DNA of 64,000 bases from a virus (IMGVR_UViG_3300009164_000071:1290-65289), one strand, 5' to 3'; numbered from the stretch's first letter, positions 1 to 10,369 are shown. Notes: a model not told the origin generated them from the letters alone. A program made the numbers and translations.

Positions 1-1145
1 TCTGTTAATTTGTTTTGTTCAACAGCTTCTGCCCATTCTGAAAATTCACTGAACGCATCTTCTTTGACATCTGTGCCACATTCGCAAGGATCTTCTTTAC
101 AATCTGGGCAAATATCTGTTTCTTCGCTGACATAATCTTCTAAATTGATTTCGTTTTCTTCACTCATAATGCTGTGAATTAACGGAAAGAATTGCGATAG
201 TTCTTCTTTGAAATTTGTTTGTGTGAATTTCTGTTTGTATGTTTCCATAGTGACAGGATCTAGTTCTAACATAGGTTGTTCGCTAGGTCCTGCATCTAAT
301 TCGTTGACCCATGATTCATAATGGTGTCTTTTGCCTAGAGATTCAACTCGAGCTTTGAGTTCTTGTAAACGGCCGTGAGCACGTTCGCCAATTTGCATGG
401 CATCGTCATGTAGACTAGCGTGATTAATTTGACGACTAAATTCTTGTAGTTGTGCAATCTGCTCGCTCATACGAACAATGGCTTTACCAGCTGGATCATG
501 TGGAACGCCACCGTGATCAACATGCTGTGCCATAGCAAATGCACCTGCTGGGTGAATGAATGGATATTTGAAACGTTCACCGTCTCTATTTTGTATAAAA
601 ATAGCCCTGATGTTTTTCTTCTGGCTACGGCTTCCTAAAAATTCTTCATCAACTGCCTTGTGATGACGTACAATAACTTCGGTTGCGCCACGTACAGCAC
701 GGCTAGTTTTTTTAGAACTCTTTTGGTTCCAACGAGATTCGTTCATACTCATACTTTCTTCCTTGTTAGCGCCTTTGGCAGCCAAATATTGAAAATCATT
801 TTTATCTAGGTTAGTCTTGGCAATATCGCGAGTATCAAATCGTAGTAGACGACGCATGGCAAATAGGCGCATTTCTTTTAAAAACGAATACCATAATTTT
901 TTAGCGGGATCATCTTGATTTTCCGTTATACCTTGACTGTAATAAACTTTTAAACTACCAGCGTCATTTAAACTAATGCTAACGCGGCCTAAATTTATGC
1001 CCTCATTGACAAAATCAAAATCAAAGAAACGTGCAGTTGCCGGATCAATGGTCACAGCACCCGTTTCGTCGCCCATTTCTAAATTTTGAAAACGACTGCG
1101 TATTTTGTCAAATACATCTTGGCTGATAATTTGTATAGGTTTCAT
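1..1145 (-). CDS. Phage hypothetical protein downstream of terminase (partial, runs off left edge)
   Basis: Not in the ORF track because it has no stop in the window. Manual translation from ATG at 1145 gives MKPIQIISQDVFDKIRSRF..., in frame with an acidic segment containing CPDCKEDPCEC at 78-110. TAAATA motif at 1152-1157. Confidence 0.8.
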   Translation of the reverse strand, partial: MKPIQIISQDVFDKIRSRFQNLEMGDETGAVTIDPATARFFDFDFVNEGINLGRVSISLNDAGSLKVYYSQGITENQDDPAKKLWYSFLKEMRLFAMRRLLRFDTRDIAKTNLDKNDFQYLAAKGANKEESMSMNESRWNQKSSKKTSRAVRGATEVIVRHHKAVDEEFLGSRSQKKNIRAIFIQNRDGERFKYPFIHPAGAFAMAQHVDHGGVPHDPAGKAIVRMSEQIAQLQEFSRQINHASLHDDAMQIGERAHGRLQELKARVESLGKRHHYESWVNELDAGPSEQPMLELDPVTMETYKQKFTQTNFKEELSQFFPLIHSIMSEENEINLEDYVSEETDICPDCKEDPCECGTDVKEDAFSEFSEWAEAVEQNKLT

Positions 1146-1158
1146 AATATGTATTTAG

Positions 1159-2745
1159 TTAGAATGTGTTGATATAGATAGGCATGGGTAATATTAAATC
1201 GTCCCGAGTATCTTCACGCATTTTATCGTAGATTGCGGGATCCCAGTCTTGAAGTAGCATAATCATACGTATAGCCAACAGTAAACTGCTGACTAGATCG
1301 TCGTGTGCTCCTACTTTGCCCTCAAAACTAACACCCTTGGCAATAAAAGTTTTAAGTTCTGAAATTAACGCTTTGCTGTGAATCTCAATCTTTTTAGTTT
1401 CTATTAGTTGTTTTAATTTAGCACAAACTGCAATTTTGCTAGTATGCGTGGTATTAAATCCTTTGCGGAATCTACGAACATGCCCTTTTTTAATGGGTTC
1501 GCTAAGGAATAATCCGGGTATATTAGCTTCGTCAAGTTCGCTGATTGCTACTAGAGCGGCTTCACCTACCGTATTGTTTTCTACTGAATAATATATGCTA
1601 GGTTGCACTCCTAGTGCTAGGCATTCGTCACTGATGTGCTTGCAAATATCTCTAAGTATTCTAGCTTGATGTTGCACTGGACTTAGATTATGATGCCACT
1701 CTGCAACCTGTATAAATCCCGGAACTTCAATAACCTGTAAAGCTGAAGGATCACCGCCTGTTCCTAAACTAGGGTCTAGAGCAACAATATAAGTGCTCTT
1801 AGGATTAATTTTTTTATACCAACGAACTTGCCCCATTTTTAAAATAGGTTCAGTGCCCGACATGTCTGCCAATGTTAATGAACTAATTAAAGTTTCATCA
1901 AATACCAAGAACTCACATTCGTGTTCTCGGCGGAATCGTTCTTCGCCAATGCGTGATCTTTCTGTATTTGCCCAGTCTTCGTCACGCTCAGGATGCTCGC
2001 TCCAGTGTGCTCTAAATGGAAAGAATCCGTTCTTGCCCACAGCGGCTTCGTTGCCAAACTCGTCAAATCGTCTATTTGCTTCGTGCCAAATTTGTGCAAA
2101 TTGGTCCTCGTCACTGTTAGGTGTAGACGTTATAATTGCCTTACCACCAGTAGCCAGTGTAGGTGAAATTGAAGTCCAAAATTCACTGGCAACGTTAGGT
2201 GGCACGAATGCAAACTCGTCAGCATATAGCATTGATAATGACATACCACGACCAGTTGTTTCTGTGGTTGTCTGCGCTACAATACGTGATCCGTTATCAA
2301 ATTCTATACTTTGTTTGTTATAACTTGTGACTCCACAACGAATGTGATCTGGACACAATTCATAGGCATATCTAATACGATTCATAATCTCTTGAGCGCC
2401 TGTGTATTTGTGCGCGGCAATTAGAATAGTTGAGTCTGGTACAAACATAGCATACCATAATAGATATCCTGCGGCTGTGGTTGTCTTACCTGTTTGACGA
2501 GGAAGTAAATTAACATTAAATCGATGATCGTGATAACTGTCTATAAGTCGTCGCTGATACTCAAATGCCTCGTATCGCAATTTACCTTTGACCGGGTGTT
2601 GAATATAGAAAAAATTATCTAAAAAATGGTGAGGCCCTGCAATCTGATCTTGACATTTAATTAAGTCTTCGATGTCTTGTTCAGTAAACCGCTGAGTTGA
2701 ATGAGCAGTTTTTACTAGTTTGCCGTCTAAGTTTTTTGATCCCAT
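1159..2745 (-). CDS. terL: Terminase large subunit (T4 gp17-like)
   Basis: Walker A PRQTGKTT, Walker B LYADEFAF, motif III ITSTPN, nuclease motifs VALDPS, VENN and HDDLV. Confidence 0.97.
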   Translation of the reverse strand: MGSKNLDGKLVKTAHSTQRFTEQDIEDLIKCQDQIAGPHHFLDNFFYIQHPVKGKLRYEAFEYQRRLIDSYHDHRFNVNLLPRQTGKTTTAAGYLLWYAMFVPDSTILIAAHKYTGAQEIMNRIRYAYELCPDHIRCGVTSYNKQSIEFDNGSRIVAQTTTETTGRGMSLSMLYADEFAFVPPNVASEFWTSISPTLATGGKAIITSTPNSDEDQFAQIWHEANRRFDEFGNEAAVGKNGFFPFRAHWSEHPERDEDWANTERSRIGEERFRREHECEFLVFDETLISSLTLADMSGTEPILKMGQVRWYKKINPKSTYIVALDPSLGTGGDPSALQVIEVPGFIQVAEWHHNLSPVQHQARILRDICKHISDECLALGVQPSIYYSVENNTVGEAALVAISELDEANIPGLFLSEPIKKGHVRRFRKGFNTTHTSKIAVCAKLKQLIETKKIEIHSKALISELKTFIAKGVSFEGKVGAHDDLVSSLLLAIRMIMLLQDWDPAIYDKMREDTRDDLILPMPIYINTF

Positions 2746-2757
2746 ACTTCTATTTAA

Positions 2758-2787
2758 TGAAAAAAATAGCTCCCAAAGGAGCTATTT
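2758..2787 (-). terminator. Rho-independent terminator
   Basis: Minus strand AAATAGCTCC-TTTG-GGAGCTATTT followed by a T-run, just after the stop of 2802..3629. Confidence 0.8.
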
Positions 2788-2801
2788 GGAGTAAAGGTTA
2801 A

Positions 2802-3629
2802 TTATTTTAAACCTGCTAATCTTAGAATATCCAAACTTTCAGTAGCAGACTCTTCTGTGTTTTCGCATCCACACGGGTCTTTATGACATGTAGAGCAAGT
2901 ACCTTCTTCAAGTTCTTCCTCTTCTGCGGCCTCATCCATTTCTTCCTCTTCTGCTTCATTAATGAACTGTTTGTATTCTTTCATTAGAGATTCAAAAGTT
3001 GCAGTTGGCATGTTGCTTTGGCGTTTTTTACCATTGCTGTCATTGCCGCCGCCTGGCTGGTTTTCATGGTGAGCAAATTCTTCAGCATCAAATTCTGGAG
3101 CATTTTTTGGATCTGCAGGACTATTGTCATATTGACCTTCGTCTGTTTCTTCATCTCCGGATAATGCAGAACCGGCCGCATTACCTAAGGCGCCGCCAAC
3201 AGCACCACCAACCGGGCCACCCAATGCTGTGCCAGCCACGGAACCAAGAGCTTGACCAGCCATAGATGCTATGCCCTCGTCTGCTTCTTCGTCGCCGTCG
3301 CCGTGCATTTTGTCAATAACAGAACGCATTGAATCGCCTGCAGTCATAGCTGGCTCCATGCTAATTACTGCGGGTGGAGTTTCACCTCCCATATGCTCAT
3401 CGCCAACTTTATGTACACCGGCTAATTGCATAATAGTAGCTAACATGTCGCTGAGTTCTTCTCCGCTACCTGCTGTCATATTGATGCTAGCAGGAGTTGA
3501 TGGTCTTTCCATAGACATGCCCATCTCTGGCATCATGCCACATTCTGCCAAGTCGGCATTTTCCTTAACGATATTTGGATTTTGTGCGTCTAACTCGGCT
3601 AGACGTTTTAATACGTTAATCATTTGCAT
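2802..3629 (-). CDS. Acidic protein, candidate internal head protein with glycine zipper and Cys motif
   Basis: 275 aa, very Glu-rich, GxxxG run, CSTCHKDPCGC, ends ILRLAGLK. Function is inferred. Confidence 0.7.
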   Translation of the reverse strand: MQMINVLKRLAELDAQNPNIVKENADLAECGMMPEMGMSMERPSTPASINMTAGSGEELSDMLATIMQLAGVHKVGDEHMGGETPPAVISMEPAMTAGDSMRSVIDKMHGDGDEEADEGIASMAGQALGSVAGTALGGPVGGAVGGALGNAAGSALSGDEETDEGQYDNSPADPKNAPEFDAEEFAHHENQPGGGNDSNGKKRQSNMPTATFESLMKEYKQFINEAEEEEMDEAAEEEELEEGTCSTCHKDPCGCENTEESATESLDILRLAGLK

Positions 3630-3632
3630 AAT

Positions 3633-4223
3633 TTATTTCCTTAGATCTTGTGCCTGAAACTTTAGAAGACTTTCTTGTTTGACTTCTGTGTCAGTATTAA
3701 ATTTGGCGGCACCTTCTGTTGGAATTTCTTCTCCGCGGGCCTTGCGTTGTAGTTTTAAAATATCGTTTAATTCTTTAACAAATCCAGTATTGTATTTGTC
3801 GCCATAGTAATCTTCAAATTGAGGACTACCTGCTTCTTTGTAATCCGGATCGTTTAGTAGAGCACCTTCACGCTTGGGTTCGTCGTGTTGATATTCCTCA
3901 GTGGGTTCGCCTGGACGGCGAACTGCTAGATTATTTTTACTAACTCCTAACTCAGTGCTGATGTATTCTGTTAACTCTTGTTGAGTTGACGGATAATCTA
4001 GTGTGACTTCGTAAATGCTAACTTCACAATTTTTTAATTGAGGAAAATCTAAAGGAAGTTCCTGAACTGGAGTTGTTGTGACTTTTTTAAATTCAGAGAC
4101 AGTGTATTTTCCTAGCACTGATTTTAGCAAAGTTTCTTGTTCAGAGGAAACCTGACCGGCTATCTTGACACGAAACGGATACTGTTTCTTTGATTCTGAG
4201 AGATATTGTTTGAAGGTTGTCAT
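3633..4223 (-). CDS. Hypothetical protein with T4 capsid-targeting-like N-terminus
   Basis: 196 aa, starts MTTFKQYLSE; TAAATA at 4231-4236. Confidence 0.7.
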   Translation of the reverse strand: MTTFKQYLSESKKQYPFRVKIAGQVSSEQETLLKSVLGKYTVSEFKKVTTTPVQELPLDFPQLKNCEVSIYEVTLDYPSTQQELTEYISTELGVSKNNLAVRRPGEPTEEYQHDEPKREGALLNDPDYKEAGSPQFEDYYGDKYNTGFVKELNDILKLQRKARGEEIPTEGAAKFNTDTEVKQESLLKFQAQDLRK

Positions 4224-4229
4224 AGTGTA

Positions 4230-4703
4230 TTATTTATTCATATTCTTAAGTTTTTCTAGGATACTATTACGGTCTGTTAGTATGTATCCTTCCCCCTGCA
4301 CAGTGTCAGCTTCTCCGTGCTTTTTATCTATTGCTAGCTTCTTAAGCTGTAGATCAACCATCTTTAACTTCTTATCAATCTTGTTAGTTTTAGCAGTTAT
4401 AGCGGCATTCATCATATTTGCGGCTACTTCAAACATTCTAGCACCATATCTTGCTTCTACACTCATACCTAGATCCATTAAGTCGTCATAGGCTTGTTCA
4501 GCTTTGGCAGCCAGTGCATCTAGCTCTGCATCACTAATATCACCGAGGCCTTTTACTCTAGGCAAGGCAGCCGCAATTTTATCAAATTCTTCTAGTTTTT
4601 CTTCAAGGCTAATAGTTGGTACAGATACTGTACTAGTCTCGGGTTCTACCAGCGGCTCTGTTGCAGGCCCCAGGTCTAACAATTCTTCAAGTTTCTTAGT
4701 CAT
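4230..4703 (-). CDS. Putative terminase small subunit (T4 gp16-like)
   Basis: 157 aa helical protein; segment YDDLMDLGMSVEARYGARMFEVAANMM resembles the gp16 oligomerisation helices; near terL. Confidence 0.55.
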   Translation of the reverse strand: MTKKLEELLDLGPATEPLVEPETSTVSVPTISLEEKLEEFDKIAAALPRVKGLGDISDAELDALAAKAEQAYDDLMDLGMSVEARYGARMFEVAANMMNAAITAKTNKIDKKLKMVDLQLKKLAIDKKHGEADTVQGEGYILTDRNSILEKLKNMNK

Positions 4704-4711
4704 AATATTAC

Positions 4712-5155
4712 TTATTTCCTTTTGGAACCATTGTGGAAAATATCTGTTTCGTTGATGATACGAAATGATATGTTTTGTTGCTTACACCAATTTCCGGCAG
4801 CGGCCCACTTGGCTTGATTTTTAACAAACTGTGCTTGATTATAGGGATTTTTACCAACTTTTTCTCTCAGCATCTGATTTGAAGGTTTAATCTCGATCAT
4901 TTCTACATGACGTCTAGTATTTTTATCTATATAAACAATTAAAAAATCTGGCACATATACTGTTTGTTTACCTGTCAGTGGATCTCTGTAAGGTATTCTA
5001 ACAGGTTCACTGCTCCATTGTTGTATTGAAGGATTATTATCACAGAACATCATAAAGGTCATTTCCCAACTTGATCGATATCGAGGAGATCCTGCTCCTA
5101 CATATTTTTCTGGGTTTTTTATTTTATAAACGCCCTGACTGAATTTAAGACTCAT
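4712..5155 (-). CDS. gp4: Head completion nuclease (T4 gp4-like, TnsA/PD-(D/E)xK fold)
   Basis: YRSSWE..FM.FCD.NP.I..WSSEP..IPY, YVPDF and IEIKP motifs. Confidence 0.88.
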   Translation of the reverse strand: MSLKFSQGVYKIKNPEKYVGAGSPRYRSSWEMTFMMFCDNNPSIQQWSSEPVRIPYRDPLTGKQTVYVPDFLIVYIDKNTRRHVEMIEIKPSNQMLREKVGKNPYNQAQFVKNQAKWAAAGNWCKQQNISFRIINETDIFHNGSKRK

Positions 5156-5520
5156 GCCACTATATTTCTCAATATTTCTTCACTAGGTTTAAATTTTGCC
5201 GCATAGCCAAGCTGGCTGGTATTCAGTCGATTATAATTTAAAATTTCGCTGACTAATGCACTAACTTCAATGTTGCTAAGACCTTTGAGATTATCTAATA
5301 CAGACATAGGATTGAATCCATCTTGCTTAGCCTGTTTGATTACAATGACTGCTATTGTTTCAGCTGACGTTTTAGAAAATCCTCGAGATTCAAAGAATCC
5401 CTGAATAGCCGCAAAGGTAGTTGCATCTAATTCTAACGGCTTAGAATAATAAGTGTCAAATGCCTGAAGGGTTGATTCTTTTTTACTAACCTGTGTAGGC
5501 AGATTGCTTTGAATGGTCAT
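5152..5520 (-). CDS. Hypothetical protein
   Basis: 122-aa ORF, ATGA overlap with the gp4-like gene. Confidence 0.75.
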   Translation of the reverse strand: MTIQSNLPTQVSKKESTLQAFDTYYSKPLELDATTFAAIQGFFESRGFSKTSAETIAVIVIKQAKQDGFNPMSVLDNLKGLSNIEVSALVSEILNYNRLNTSQLGYAAKFKPSEEILRNIVA

Positions 5521-5539
5521 AATTTAAATTCCTAAATTT

Positions 5540-6634
5540 TTATGGGCCAAAGTCTACAGGAGTTGCAACGGTGCTGATACCATTGTTAGATCCGGAAAAC
5601 GGATTAATTGGAAGATTACCTAGGTCACTAGTAGACGGAGCAGTTAATTGAGCGTTAATTGCAGAGTTAACATCTCCAGGAAGAGCACCTGAGCTTTGTA
5701 GTGCATCTAATGCTCCGTTGCTCATAGATTCTCCGGATTTATTTAATTGGCCTATACTAGGTCTTGCTTGAATAGTTGTTGTTCCGTTGTTTATTCGATC
5801 TATTGGGTTCTCATTTTGCTGAGTTCCCGGTAGTGTACCAAATACATCACTTGCCCCCATCGGAGTATCCGCTCCATTACTTTTCCCAGAGACTGCGATT
5901 GAACTAGGTTGGGAGTCGTAGTATACTGCCGCAAATCCGTCAGGGCTACTACCTTTGACAATTTTTCCCTTATTGTACAAAACATTTTCATAGGCTGTGG
6001 TCATTTTATTAGTTAAAGTCTTATTTCCACTATCTTGATCTAAGCTGTCATGAACCCAGTCGGTGACCATGGGATTGACTAAAGTATACTGAGTAAAATT
6101 TTGTTGATGTAATACATATATTGTTATACTGTCAAAGAACGGTTCTATTTGCTGACCGTCTAGGCCGTAGGCATAATCATTTTCTCCGTACTTGGTATTT
6201 TTATATTGATTAGGAATTTCACCATTAGCTCCGGTACCGTAATTGCTGTCTACAAAATAATATCTATAATAATTGGTCCATAGATCTCTTGTTGTATTGC
6301 TGTTATCGTCGTGGAATTCAATGTTAATATTTTGATAAGATATACCTGTTTGAATAATTGTTTTTCTGTTATATTGATTAACAATTTCTGTTTTAGGTTG
6401 AAACTTTGGAAGATCTATTTTTCTAACCAATAGCCCAACTTCTTTTTTTCCTGTATTCTCCCATTCATCATCTAATGGTATTGTAGGATTGATTGAAAAA
6501 CTGACAAAGTATAGGAATCCTACCTTGGGAGCTTTGGCATAGTTATTACTTCTATATAATAAACTAGCATGCTGGTAATCTCTGAGTTTAGTATCTCCTG
6601 TATTACCTAAGAACTGTGTAAAGGCTTGGCTCAT
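5540..6634 (-). CDS. Tail-tube-fold protein (gp19/gp54-like, possible tube initiator) with low-complexity C-terminus
   Basis: IDLPKF...NQYNRK...YQNINIEFHDD pattern parallels the adjacent tube protein; TAAATA at 6640-6645. Confidence 0.65.
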   Translation of the reverse strand: MSQAFTQFLGNTGDTKLRDYQHASLLYRSNNYAKAPKVGFLYFVSFSINPTIPLDDEWENTGKKEVGLLVRKIDLPKFQPKTEIVNQYNRKTIIQTGISYQNINIEFHDDNSNTTRDLWTNYYRYYFVDSNYGTGANGEIPNQYKNTKYGENDYAYGLDGQQIEPFFDSITIYVLHQQNFTQYTLVNPMVTDWVHDSLDQDSGNKTLTNKMTTAYENVLYNKGKIVKGSSPDGFAAVYYDSQPSSIAVSGKSNGADTPMGASDVFGTLPGTQQNENPIDRINNGTTTIQARPSIGQLNKSGESMSNGALDALQSSGALPGDVNSAINAQLTAPSTSDLGNLPINPFSGSNNGISTVATPVDFGP

Positions 6635-6651
6635 AACAATATTTATGCCAT

Positions 6652-6681
6652 AAAAAAACCCGAAAATTAATCCGGGCTTTT
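6652..6681 (-). terminator. Rho-independent terminator after tail tube gene
   Basis: Minus strand AAAAGCCCGG-ATTAATTT-TCGGGTTTTTTT (G-U pairs allowed). Confidence 0.7.
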
Positions 6682-6700
6682 AGATAACAGTTAAAAACTA

Positions 6701-7336
6701 TTAGCCTGTGGCTGTTTGGCCGTTGAAGCCTAGACGATAACCAGGACCACCAACGCCAGGACCAACGTTGCCAATTGGGTCTACCTGTAGTGCATTATCA
6801 TATGTTATATCTATTGCAACATCGACTGGTGTTGTGCCTTCGTTGTAATCAACATTTGAGTAGGTAGCAACTTTAATATAGCAACCTAGTAATTCCCATG
6901 TTTCTAGTACCTGTGGCTCGTATGCACCGTTGCCACCGTCTAGAATTTGAATATAAGTTTGGAACTTATAATCAATGGCTGCTGGAGCCGAAGCTTGTTC
7001 AAAGAAATCAAACTGTTTCTGTAGTTGTTGACCAACTAGTGCTGATACATTTCCATTGATATCATCACGCAGAGTTAATTTAACATCACTCCAAGAATGT
7101 TTACCCGCTATTTTAATTGTACTGTTGTAAATTGGCAATTTGATTTCATCAAATGTCACAACAGGGCGAGTGCAGTTCATAACTTGTTTTGTTAGTTCTG
7201 TTGCAGGCACACCGTTAACGCCAAAATTGCTTAACACAACACGAAAGCGATATTTTAATTTTGGCATTAGCATGCCTTGACCGCCAGCTCCAGCTCCTGC
7301 TGGAACTGTTAGTCTACTTAAACTTGAAATTGCCAT
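6701..7336 (-). CDS. gp19: Tail tube protein (T4 gp19-like)
   Basis: PKLKYRFRV, RP.V.F.EI, AGKHSW..V.LTLRDD, WEL.GC motifs; directly after sheath; AGGAG SD. Confidence 0.88.
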   Translation of the reverse strand: MAISSLSRLTVPAGAGAGGQGMLMPKLKYRFRVVLSNFGVNGVPATELTKQVMNCTRPVVTFDEIKLPIYNSTIKIAGKHSWSDVKLTLRDDINGNVSALVGQQLQKQFDFFEQASAPAAIDYKFQTYIQILDGGNGAYEPQVLETWELLGCYIKVATYSNVDYNEGTTPVDVAIDITYDNALQVDPIGNVGPGVGGPGYRLGFNGQTATG

Positions 7337-7360
7337 TTATAGCTCCTTAATCTTTAATAT

Positions 7361-10300
7361 TTAATTGCCGGCTTTGATAGCACCAGTGTTTACTACACGC
7401 AATGGAATGTAAATAAACTCAACTGCTTTCACGGGTTCAATAGCAATATCTACCCATAATTCTGATCGATCAATACGAGTCGGTGTGTTATTTGTATTGT
7501 CACAAATAACAACGTAATCGTATAAAGCACGTTGATTAACTAAATTAACTAGGAAACTATCCATGGAAGCTTTAATTTCTCTACGTGTCTGTGCATCATT
7601 AGGTTCAAACAAGTATGGTTTAGCAATAATTGCTAACTGTCTACGTAGATAGCAAATTAATCTAACTACATTGATACGATCTAATGCTGAAATACCCCTA
7701 GCACGAGTCTTTTGTCCGTATAGAACTAGACCAGAGCCCGGTAATGTTGCAATTGGATTAATATTAACTATACCTGTTGAGTCTTGTAGTACATCGCGTA
7801 GTCCCTGATATAGACTTGCAGTACGATACTCACCTGTTTGTCCGTCAACATACCCAACTGAACTAGCATTATCAACACCGCCTCGGCGTATGCCTGCTGG
7901 TGCAAACCATGGATAGCTCTTATTGTCACTGTTGATAATTGTACGCAACATCATGTGGCTTGGTGGAACAACAATACCGTTGCCTGTGTTATCACTAGTG
8001 TATCCACTTGGGTAGAACATGGACAAATATTCGTCTCTAGTTGTTGCACCTTCGTCGCCGTTGTCTACAGCAAGTGCTGTGTTAGCACCCCAATTTAACA
8101 AACTAGTTGCATCCGGAGTTAACCGGAATGGTGTATCACCAACAACCATCGATAACTGACCAATATCAACATTTAATGCTACCATCTCCTGAATTAATTC
8201 AGGATATCCTGGGCATGCCATTAAGTTATAAATTAACGTATCAGTATCACGTAATGTGGTATTTGATTGTACTAATGATTTTAGTGCTTTAACCACTGCA
8301 CCGCGTTGTGCATGACGTCCAAATTTAGCACTGCCGTCTGTGTTTAGTTCTACTGCTGTGACCCAACGACTAGCAAAATAAGGAGTCTCACCGTTCATTG
8401 TTTCGTTATCATAGGCAAGGTTTTCTCCATCATTTGCGTTAATGTCAATGTATCCTGCTTGATATTTCTTAACATTCATACCAGAACGACGTAGGTTAAA
8501 CAAACGCAGTCCTCTTGGATATAGTTTAGGATCAGGAGCATCTGGATCAAGGAAGTCACTGTCTAGTAATTCAGTGATACTAGCTGGCTCAAAGGAACTT
8601 AGAGTTCCGTCTCCACCAGTTGTTGACCAACGTGCATCTGCAAATAACCAACCTTCAGGTGATGTGTTATCTGCTACATCTGATAGTACCCATTTTGCTG
8701 CCGGGTCAGATCCAGTGATTGTAGAATCATATACGTAGATTTCTTTGCCGTATAATTCCATGTTTGCTGTGCTAATCCAAATGTCACCAGTGACTAGGTC
8801 TGTTCCATCACTTTGAGTCAATGGGGCCAAAGCCGCAATGCTAGGACCAGCAGGATCTGAGTCAGGGAAAACATTTAAGTAGCCCTTCCAATTAGTTCCA
8901 TCATTGACCATGATATCAGCTGTTAGGTTAACATCATACCATAATGTCCCGTCTGTAGGAGCTGTACTTGGTGTTTCAGACTGAGCAACATAACTCAAAG
9001 GAGTCCAGTTAGTGAGTACATAATCATAAGTATCGTCTGCAGGAGCATCAATCACTCGAGTCTGCGTTCCAAAACTACTGACTCCGTAGAACACTGAATT
9101 TAACGGAGTATTCAAGCCATCTTTAATTTCAATGTCGCCACCTAGAGTGTGCTCTATTGTCATTTTATTTTTTACAGCATCATAAGTTGCAGTGACATTT
9201 GTTAATGTTGATGCATTGATAGCTGTGGCTAAATTACTTGCTAGTGTGACAGCGTTATTTCCGGTAATTGAAATAACCAATGGTACATTCCATGCTCCAT
9301 TGTTAGCCAGTGTTTCTCTAATAGTAAAATTAGTAGTTAGTCCTGTTGTGGCATTTGATGTATCAAATGTTATAGTTGTCTTACCAGCGTGGGCTCTGCG
9401 CCATAATTTAAAATTAGCTGTTGCGTTAGTGCCTGTTCCTTGATTGAAATTGGTTTCAACAAACACAGAATTAACAGGAATATTTTGACCACCACCGGAT
9501 TTGTCTAGACTATATTGAGCCTTGGCAAAGCTAGAATACAATGGTGCAGGTACTGTATCAAATGTTTTTGTGACACCGTTATAGTTTTTAACTAAGAAAT
9601 GAGCGCCTTGACCGGGTTGTGTTGTTTTAATCCATACGCTACCGGTGTCTGTAGAAGTTGTATACGTAGGATACTCGTAGTGTGGGCTAATAGTCAACGA
9701 CTTGCCGCTATCAAATCCTTCTTTAACTTCAGTCCAACCAGTTGTTGACTTGAACCAATATTGATTAGCTGTATTAGTAGTAAGTTGGGCAACAACTACT
9801 GCGTAGTCCCCTGCTTTACCATAAGACGCACTTGGCTGTTCAGCGTCTAAATATGTGTTTGCATTGCTGTCGTCAATAATTAGTGGAGTTTTTACAGTGA
9901 ATTTTTGTGTAGTAGAATTCCACTCATTGATACCAAATAAACTATTAGCAGGTTGGAGCCAATGTGTACCGCTAGTTGCTGGGCCAGCTGGTGCATCAGT
10001 TGAATGAGTTAACTGAGCAAGATCTAAGTCAGCACGTACAACATACGCTCTTGATGTGACACCTAGCAAACTATAAGCGGCTTGTAAACCGTATTCGTTT
10101 TGTTCGCCAGCATGTACAGGATTGTTTTGAGAATCAGTGTAAAACTGTGGAATACCAAATGTGTCTACAAGGTCGCGTCGGCTGGTTATTAAATATACCT
10201 TGCCGGCATTTGCTGCCAGAGTCCCTTGTGCTATGCCAGTACCGCCACCGTTTTCTTTGTTAGACGCACTAGCGACAAAAATCATTGGAACTGTTCCGGG

Positions 10301-10369
10301 GGCTGCCGGGACATAAAAACTTTCATCAATAATTGATACTGATACGCCTGGTGAATTTAGTTGAGCCAT
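7361..10369 (-). CDS. gp18: Contractile tail sheath protein (T4 gp18-like) with large insertion
   Basis: N-terminal SPGVSVSIIDES; C-terminal PPS, PWFAPAG.RRG, INPI, GQKT, DRINVVRL, FEPND, CD.TNNTP..ID, IEPVKAVEFI. Confidence 0.96.
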   Translation of the reverse strand: MAQLNSPGVSVSIIDESFYVPAAPGTVPMIFVASASNKENGGGTGIAQGTLAANAGKVYLITSRRDLVDTFGIPQFYTDSQNNPVHAGEQNEYGLQAAYSLLGVTSRAYVVRADLDLAQLTHSTDAPAGPATSGTHWLQPANSLFGINEWNSTTQKFTVKTPLIIDDSNANTYLDAEQPSASYGKAGDYAVVVAQLTTNTANQYWFKSTTGWTEVKEGFDSGKSLTISPHYEYPTYTTSTDTGSVWIKTTQPGQGAHFLVKNYNGVTKTFDTVPAPLYSSFAKAQYSLDKSGGGQNIPVNSVFVETNFNQGTGTNATANFKLWRRAHAGKTTITFDTSNATTGLTTNFTIRETLANNGAWNVPLVISITGNNAVTLASNLATAINASTLTNVTATYDAVKNKMTIEHTLGGDIEIKDGLNTPLNSVFYGVSSFGTQTRVIDAPADDTYDYVLTNWTPLSYVAQSETPSTAPTDGTLWYDVNLTADIMVNDGTNWKGYLNVFPDSDPAGPSIAALAPLTQSDGTDLVTGDIWISTANMELYGKEIYVYDSTITGSDPAAKWVLSDVADNTSPEGWLFADARWSTTGGDGTLSSFEPASITELLDSDFLDPDAPDPKLYPRGLRLFNLRRSGMNVKKYQAGYIDINANDGENLAYDNETMNGETPYFASRWVTAVELNTDGSAKFGRHAQRGAVVKALKSLVQSNTTLRDTDTLIYNLMACPGYPELIQEMVALNVDIGQLSMVVGDTPFRLTPDATSLLNWGANTALAVDNGDEGATTRDEYLSMFYPSGYTSDNTGNGIVVPPSHMMLRTIINSDNKSYPWFAPAGIRRGGVDNASSVGYVDGQTGEYRTASLYQGLRDVLQDSTGIVNINPIATLPGSGLVLYGQKTRARGISALDRINVVRLICYLRRQLAIIAKPYLFEPNDAQTRREIKASMDSFLVNLVNQRALYDYVVICDNTNNTPTRIDRSELWVDIAIEPVKAVEFIYIPLRVVNTGAIKAGN

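Noticed and set aside
450-638. 62-aa plus-strand ORF
   Set aside because: Antisense to the long partial minus-strand CDS starting at 1145.
1159-2745. Intein or intron in terminase
   Set aside because: 528 aa with continuous ATPase and nuclease motifs and no splicing motifs.
4712-5155. Tn7 TnsA transposase / mobile element
   Set aside because: Same fold, but size, motifs and context fit T4 gp4 head completion protein; no other transposon genes or ends.
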